Assembly: GCA_051294375.1 (NCBI GenBank)
Contig: CM119264.1
Location: forward strand, 22,517,762-22,533,822
DNA length: 16,061 bases
DNA from: Paraspadella gotoi
Taxonomy: Eukaryota > Animalia > Chaetognatha
Direction of reading: 5' to 3'
How positions within the stretch are numbered: the first letter of the stretch is position 1; every line of letters starts with the position of its first letter. Position numbers and translations under genes: made by a program. This document shows, one piece after another, positions 10,237-16,061 of this stretch. The notes beneath the pieces are model-generated. The model had not been told where the DNA came from. It worked only from the letters and a program-made list of their open reading frames with translations, and did not search any database.

Positions 10237-12240
10237 ATGAAAATTCTCATAGTTGCTATTCGCACTAGTAGGCGTCACATCACAGAAACAACCGGAGAAA
10301 ACAAATGGCGTGGTCCACGTTTTCGACTTGCAATATAAACGTCGTGGAACCATACACAACTCTCCTGGACCCACACCACTGTGACATCACAAAGCCAGTG
10401 GCCGAGGAGGTGCTCCGTGGAGAACTGGTTTTTCATACAGATCAGGAGAGCATTGATGGAAAAGAGGATGCGACCTAACCATCGAAGCCGCACAGGAAGC
10501 ATATGTGGATGTTTGTGTTCCATCAGATAACAAAAATCTTGAAGGCACTGACCACTTCTCACTCACTAGAGTAACAGTTGCTCTTGCCCTACACAAAAGA
10601 GAGAAGATCTCTCTCAGCAACATACGGTCAGATTATCCGATTCGAACCGGACTCATTGACGCCACTCTCACTGAAGGCACAAAGCTGGGACTAACCGCCT
10701 ACACATGGAGATTGGAACCACCGACGCCGATGGAGTTATCTGCACTGGAGAAAAGTTAATCTTTTCATGCATTACACAGTACGACGGTGAAAGGGCGACT
10801 TGAGAATAAAATTAAACCTTTGTACGAACATAAAGGTTAAATTAAAATAAACTCAACGAATTGCCAGGTCAATCCAGCTGCAAATAAGGCCGCCCAGAAG
10901 CATGCAATTCTACCCATGGTTGGCGTTTTTGGCTTGGCAAGATCCAACATGTCCGAGCCCACCAAGCCTACACCCGGGCCGGTTGGTAAATAAGGCACGG
11001 ACAGGGATAATACGATCCCTGACCACAAAGGACAAGGAAAGCAAGCCCTGAAAAATGTACGCCTCCGGAACCAAAAAAACGGCGTGCAACAAAGACAGCG
11101 AAGCAGTGAAAAAGAACGCTCCCGTCTCTGTGGAAAGACTGCTCAAGTAATTTCCATTGCACCGGGACTGGACCGACAATTTATTGAACGCTGCGCCCCG
11201 AGTATGTGAATCTGGAAAAACGAGTTCTTATCACATTAAGCTTACGGGAGGAAATGAATTACAAATTCCCTTGGTTTGCAACGTCGCTGGAAGTAACAAA
11301 CCTCTCCACACTTCTACTTCCACCGACCAGATCACGAGGAGATCTCGACAAAGATGCCAAACTCTATTTCTCGCCCTGAGAGAGAAAGGATCGAAACTCG
11401 CACAGGCAAATCAAGCAAAACCTCGAATTCCCTCACCAAAGCCCTACGCAAGGAGATCTGCGACTTAAAGGGTGTTCCGAAGCTATAGAACAGCCGTCGA
11501 CATCGCCACAAAAAATCCAACATCAACCAGCATTCGTAAAAAGAGAGGCGTCATCGCCGGATCCGCGCGTGCGAACTTCTGTTCATGGCACATTGCGACC
11601 AAACTCCTCTAGCACACACCAGAAGAACAGAAGAGTTGTTACCATTGACTGCCAATTACCTTCCGCGGGGGGAAAAGAGCCTTACTCCCGACACGCAATT
11701 CTACCATCACGTGTGTGAGCTCCTCGACCCCGACAAGCCTGCTCACCGCCACCAATCTACTTCCTCAACAACAAGTATTCAAAAACCGCGCGCTGGTGAA
11801 CAGCACAACGATTACAAAATAGGTCACGGCAGGCATTCCGACACAAATAATCGGGTCTCCAACGAAGATAGAAATCCCTACATCCAAATCAAGGATTTTC
11901 TGGAACACACGGACAATTACGCAAGACAACAACAGGATTTTTCAACAGCACATAGGGAAATAACGAGAGGAAACCCCCTTAATTGCAACGATGAGAAGAA
12001 TTTCGGAAAAGATGCCAAAATGGACTTGGCTCACTGATGTGACAAATATTATGCCATTCGCCATCGTCATCCTCATCGTCATCGCAGCAGCAACATTACT
12101 GATATGCTGCTGCATGCCTGCCCACAATACCTACAAGGACACTACAAGTACCAACGCCAGCAACAAATACAACCATCAATGGGGAACAAGCACAGGACAG
12201 GAATCTCGTGCCATCCTACTCCGCCCCGACTACCGACTGA
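10237..12240 (+). pseudogene. env: Envelope-like type I membrane glycoprotein, chuvirus-like / class III fusion protein (frameshifted)
   Basis: Signal peptide MKILIVAI/ALVGVTS (10237-); VHVFD/CN (10313-10334); LLDPHHC (10362-10382); ICG (10501); LTR(EQC..)LH (~10562-10593); IGTTDADGVICTGEK (10711-10755); RKKR (11535-11546); TM helix MPFAIVILIVIAAATLLICCC (12051-12113). The 3' end is approximate. Confidence 0.8.
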
Positions 12241-12259
12241 CCGCGTACGCCGTCGTTCT

Positions 12260-12273
12260 GAGGAGGCGGGGGA
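12260..12273 (+). other. Polypurine tract (plus-strand primer)
   Basis: GAGGAGGCGGGGGA between the env tail and the LTR-like region. Confidence 0.75.
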
Positions 12274-12592
12274 CGCATTTTCAGATGGAATCAGAACCAA
12301 AGAATTGAATCGACGATCGCGACCTCGGATGAAAAATCTACCAAGGACTCAGCCGAATTGGTGATGAATCATCGTCGGGAATACAACCAATGAGAAGACG
12401 GCTTCATGCCATCGGGAAACCGAGCCCATGTCGTTGATCCGATGTCGTCTATAAATGAGCTGACCCATTTTGTAACGCATTCATTCTGTCCTCAAGTTTC
12501 TGACACCTGTCTTGCTCTTGTTATATTGTAAATAAAATTCCATTGGTTTCATCGTGATGATGAATCTCTGTCTACTACTTAATGAAACAACG
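12274..12592 (+). repeat. 3' LTR (~315-320 bp; boundaries inferred, no second LTR available for comparison)
   Basis: Follows the PPT. CCAAT (12387), TATAAAT (12450), initiator-like TCATTC (12481) and AATAAA (12531) occur in U3-R-U5 order. The right edge is set by where homology to the duplicated flank begins (~12590-12593). Confidence 0.75.
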
Positions 12593-12662
12593 AAACTTGT
12601 TTCCAGATTTTTAACTCAACCTTAAATTTAAAAGAGACGAATAACGGGGTGTATCTATTTCA

Positions 12663-12664
<2 letters not shown>

Positions 12665-12700
<36 letters not shown>
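12665..12700. repeat. (TC)n microsatellite
   Basis: Perfect TC run, the counterpart of 4227-4257. Confidence 0.97.
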
Positions 12701-12704
<4 letters not shown>

Positions 12705-13003
12705 CGAAACAAGCACTTACCCCTTCCTAATGAGGTTGAAGCTCTCGCTTTCAGAAAGGCTCTCGAAAGGAAAAAAAATTTGATCTTTTGTCTAAAAGGG
12801 ATTTTCGCTCGATTCCTTTAGATGCCTCTTCGACGACGCTGACGGTGCCACCCGGTTAAGCCCGATTCCATGTCTGAATTGGCGCGCAATCTGAATCGTC
12901 AGTTCAAACTGGTGGAGAGATTATGATATCTACGTATTTTACTAATAGTAGATCGATTTAGAGCTTGAATGTACAGTAGGTTATAAATCGATACAATCGA
13001 GTC

Positions 13004-13006
<3 letters not shown>

Positions 13007-13080
<74 letters not shown>
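13007..13080. repeat. (TC)n microsatellite
   Basis: Perfect TC run. Confidence 0.98.
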
Positions 13081-13086
<6 letters not shown>

Positions 13087-14133
13087 ACTCCAACGTTGGC
13101 GGCGGCGGTAGGAAAGCGCGGATTGTCAAAAGAACTCCCTCCATCAACGACTAAGTGCTTTTAGGCCGGCGAGATGAATCTTAAAAGCCAGAATAACCAG
13201 CGGCCGCCGATTTCCTTCTCTCTCTCACCCTTTCACTCTCTTTCTCTCGCTTTCTTTTTCATTTTCCCTCTTTTTTTCGTTTTACTATCTTTATTGTTCT
13301 TCCTACCTATATTCCATCTATTTTACCTCTCCCTTGACCTACGTACGCACTTGTCTTTTTATGCTTTCTTTTTATTATATCGGAAACGATCCCTTTCTCC
13401 ATCTCTTTCTCTTCATCTCTCGCTTTACGCCGTCTCGCTCTCTCTCATCTTCGTCTCTCTCATCTATCGTCATTCCCTCCTGCTCGTCTCTCCTCTCTCT
13501 CAGTCGTCTATCCTCTCCTCTCTCCTCCTTCTCTCCCTCCTTTTGACGAAATGGCAATCGCTCTCGGCTGGTAAAGCGGAACCCGCTCTCTCCACTAAGT
13601 CGAGAATCGGCCACGTGAACAAAGGCGCACCTTTTAAATTAGAGTTTCATTGTCGCTCAACATTTTCAACAGCTTCTTCAGTTGGCATCTTTACTTTATT
13701 TCACTATTTCGCGATTCACTTTTCTGTCTCAATAACGTTTTAAATGCATATAATATTTGGTGGAAAGGTTGCTTACCCTAAGATCACGTCTTGTCACTCC
13801 CTGCCCACACCGTAACACTTCGCCACTCCACTCCACGCTCTCCACTCTCTCTCTATCTCGCTCCTTAATGACTCTGTCGTCGCTGCTCCCGAGATAAGCA
13901 GACTATTTTCTCTATTTACGCTTTCCGCCGCAGACGCAAAATCCTATGACTTATTGGACACGTGAAATGGCGGTGGGGGCGGGGATGTGGAAACTGGAAA
14001 GTGGAGTCCCCTGTTTTAGTAAGAAAATTTTACGTGAGACTTTGTTCATTACTTTTTATTACTTTCCTTATGCTTATGTACGTATTCATTCAAGTGGGAA
14101 AAAAGCTCAGCATACAGTTGCAATTTGTTTTTC

Positions 14134-14601
14134 TTAATGTTTATTTTAAACTTTTTGATTTGTTGCTTTCATTCTTTCCTTTCTTCCTTCATCCAATTCT
14201 TTCAATCATTTTTATTCTTTACATTTATTAATGTTTATTTTAAACTTTTTGATTTGTTGCTTTCATTCTTTCCTTTCTTCCTTCATCCTATTCTTTCAAT
14301 CATTTTTATTCTTTACATTTATTAATGTTTATTTTAAACTTTTTGATTTGTTGCTTTCATTCTGTTCTTTCTTCCTTCATCCTATTCTTTCAATCATTTT
14401 TATTCTTTACATTTATTAATGTTTATTTTAAACTTTTTGATTTGTTGTTTTCATTCTGTCCTTTCTTCCTTCATCATATTCTTTCAATCATTTTTATTCT
14501 TTACATTTATTAATGTTTATTTTAAACTTTTTGATTTGTTGCTTTCATTCTTTCCTTTCTTCCTTCATCCTATTCTTTCAATCATTTTTATTCTTTACAT
14601 T
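14134..14601. repeat. 94-bp minisatellite, ~5 near-identical copies
   Basis: ATGTTTATTTTAAACTTTTTGATTTGTTG... recurs at 14137, 14231, 14325, 14419 and 14513 (exact 94-bp period) with only a few substitutions. Confidence 0.97.
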
Positions 14602-14744
14602 CCTTCGATTCTTTAAATTCGTTGTATTCTTTCCACTCTTTCCATCTGCGTCCTAATCTTTCTCGACCAAACGCAGCGAAAGCCTCTGCATTTCTCTCCA
14701 GACGATAAGATGCTTTCTTTAATTCTTTTGTAATTTGCGATGGA

Positions 14745-15095
14745 GACGACGACGACGACGACGACGACAAGAGAGACGAAGATGACGACGACGGCGACGA
14801 TGACTAAGACAACGAAGATAAAATAGAAACGAGGGAGTCGACGACGTAATAGACGACATTGACGAAGTTGATGTTATTATTATTATTATTATGATGATGA
14901 GTAATCATTGACTGATGGATCGATCGATCTGATGATGGATGATGGTGATATGATAATGATGATGATGATGATTATGATGATGTTGATGATGAGTGATGAT
15001 GATGATGATTACGAAGATGATTGTGATGACGATGATGATGACGATGATGATGTGCTGAGGAGATGATGATGATGATGATGTATGATGATGATGAT
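14745..15095. repeat. Compound (GAC)n/(TTA)n/(GAT)n trinucleotide microsatellite region
   Basis: Degenerate GAC, TAT and GAT runs. The GAT run resumes at 15709-15722 after the MITE. Confidence 0.9.
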
Positions 15096-15708
15096 TAGAG
15101 TGATGTGAAAATGATAAATTTTACAAAATTAAAATTTAGCATATAAAACATGAACATACAAACCAATAAAATATTTTGGTAAATTTATTTCTTAATTTTT
15201 AAATTAGTGGGCACCAGTAAGCTATTATTTATATATAGTAATAAGTAATATAATAGGCTAAAATTTCCAAATGCAAATTTTTAAATTTTAAGATCGGATT
15301 TGGATTCCTTGCAAAAAGTTTTATTATAAAAGTAAACTTTTTTTAAATTATTTTATTAAGTTAGTCAAAAATGTAAAAACTATATTTAAGAGATGCCGAT
15401 TTTGAAATTTCCAGCTTAAAAATATTAGTTTTTTGTAATTTTAACCTACTTAATGACATAATTTTTTGAAAAAGATTTTATACTTTCTTCTATTAACTTT
15501 TAACGAGGAATCTGAATCAGTTCCCAGAATTAAAAAAAAATATTTTGAAATTTTGACATTATATAAGGGAAGTACTATATACAAAATAAGCTGACTGGGC
15601 TACTATATTTATAAAAAAAGAAAAATAACTACAAATTAGTATTCACTAATATGATAGTTTTCAAGATATAACTGCTAAATTTTGATTCCAAACTTTCACT
15701 TCACCCTA
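15096..15708. mobile_element. Non-autonomous hAT-like foldback MITE, copy 2
   Basis: Same termini TAGAGTGATGTGAAA...TTTCACTTCACCCTA and colinear with 1753-2400 in the same orientation. Flanked by ATGATGAT (15088-15095, 15709-15716) inside a (GAT)n tract. Confidence 0.9.
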
Positions 15709-15867
15709 ATGATGATGATGATAAAATCTCAAAGTAATGGATGGAAAGGTATCCACTGTTTCGCTAAGCTAATTAATAAAAATCTACCAAGTTAAATTTT
15801 TTCTAAGTTTAAAAAGACTTAGACTTAAACGAAGTGGACGCCGACGATAAGAGAAACAAAGAAGATG

Positions 15868-15929
15868 ATTACAACGACGACTACAACGACGACTATACCG
15901 ACGACGACTACAACTACAACGAAGACGAC
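15868..15929. repeat. Degenerate (ACG/ACT/ACA)n trinucleotide repeat
   Basis: tacaacgacgactacaacgacgactataccgacgacgactacaactacaacgaagacgac. Confidence 0.8.
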
Positions 15930-16061
15930 GGGAACGCCGAGTGTTCGTTTCTGATAAGATGAAATTCCCCGATTTTTTCGCTAATGAATCATTAGAGAGA
16001 AGAGAAAGACGGAAGTGGAATTCAAAACCGAAATGAATATTTTTAGAATTTAATTTCGCAC

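Larger units (their letters stand above)
4283..12592 (+). mobile_element. Ty3/gypsy (Metaviridae) LTR retrotransposon with env-like third ORF; 5' end missing at a gap
   Basis: Domain order PR-RT-RNaseH-IN. Gypsy-type motifs EYRDVF, LNYYRCF, IYADAS, HxxxxHPG, PWESLSID and a GPY/F-like C-terminus. Glycoprotein ORF, PPT and LTR downstream. A-rich coding strand throughout. Confidence 0.93.

Noticed and set aside
5522-12127. Minus-strand ORFs inside the retroelement
   Set aside because: They are antisense shadows of the A-rich coding strand, with no motifs.
13174-13743. 189-aa Leu/Ser/Phe-rich ORF
   Set aside because: It derives from CT-rich low-complexity DNA that lacks stop codons, with no domain features.
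14125-14616. Repeated hydrophobic ~62-aa ORFs / CRISPR-like periodicity
   Set aside because: An artefact of the T-rich 94-bp tandem repeat. The period is not a multiple of three and there are no spacers.
1753-15708. Composite transposon bounded by the two MITEs
   Set aside because: Each copy has its own distinct flanking 8-mer, and the outer flanks (TTCGACAG vs ATGATGAT) do not match.

Overview
Eukaryotic, repeat-rich window with no supportable host gene. The centre (4283-~12592, + strand) is a Ty3/gypsy (Metaviridae) LTR retrotransposon. Its motifs for protease, RT, RNase H and integrase are readable across many frameshifts. It also has a third ORF (10237-~12240) with a signal peptide, a C-terminal TM helix and a cysteine pattern resembling chuvirus-type (class III) viral fusion glycoproteins. 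About 1 kb inserted between RNase H and integrase contains an OTU-deubiquitinase-like segment. The PPT and 3' LTR are present, but the 5' LTR is lost at a 25-N gap. A ~100 bp flank duplicated on both sides of the element, plus indel-dominated damage, suggests an empty and a filled allele assembled side by side from uncorrected long-read sequence, so the element may be intact and recent. The flanks hold two copies of a ~0.6 kb foldback hAT-like MITE with 8-bp TSDs, a 94-bp minisatellite, many (CT)n and (GAT/GAC)n microsatellites, and a triple CCAAT-box cluster. All protein-family calls are by-eye motif recognition; no searches were run.
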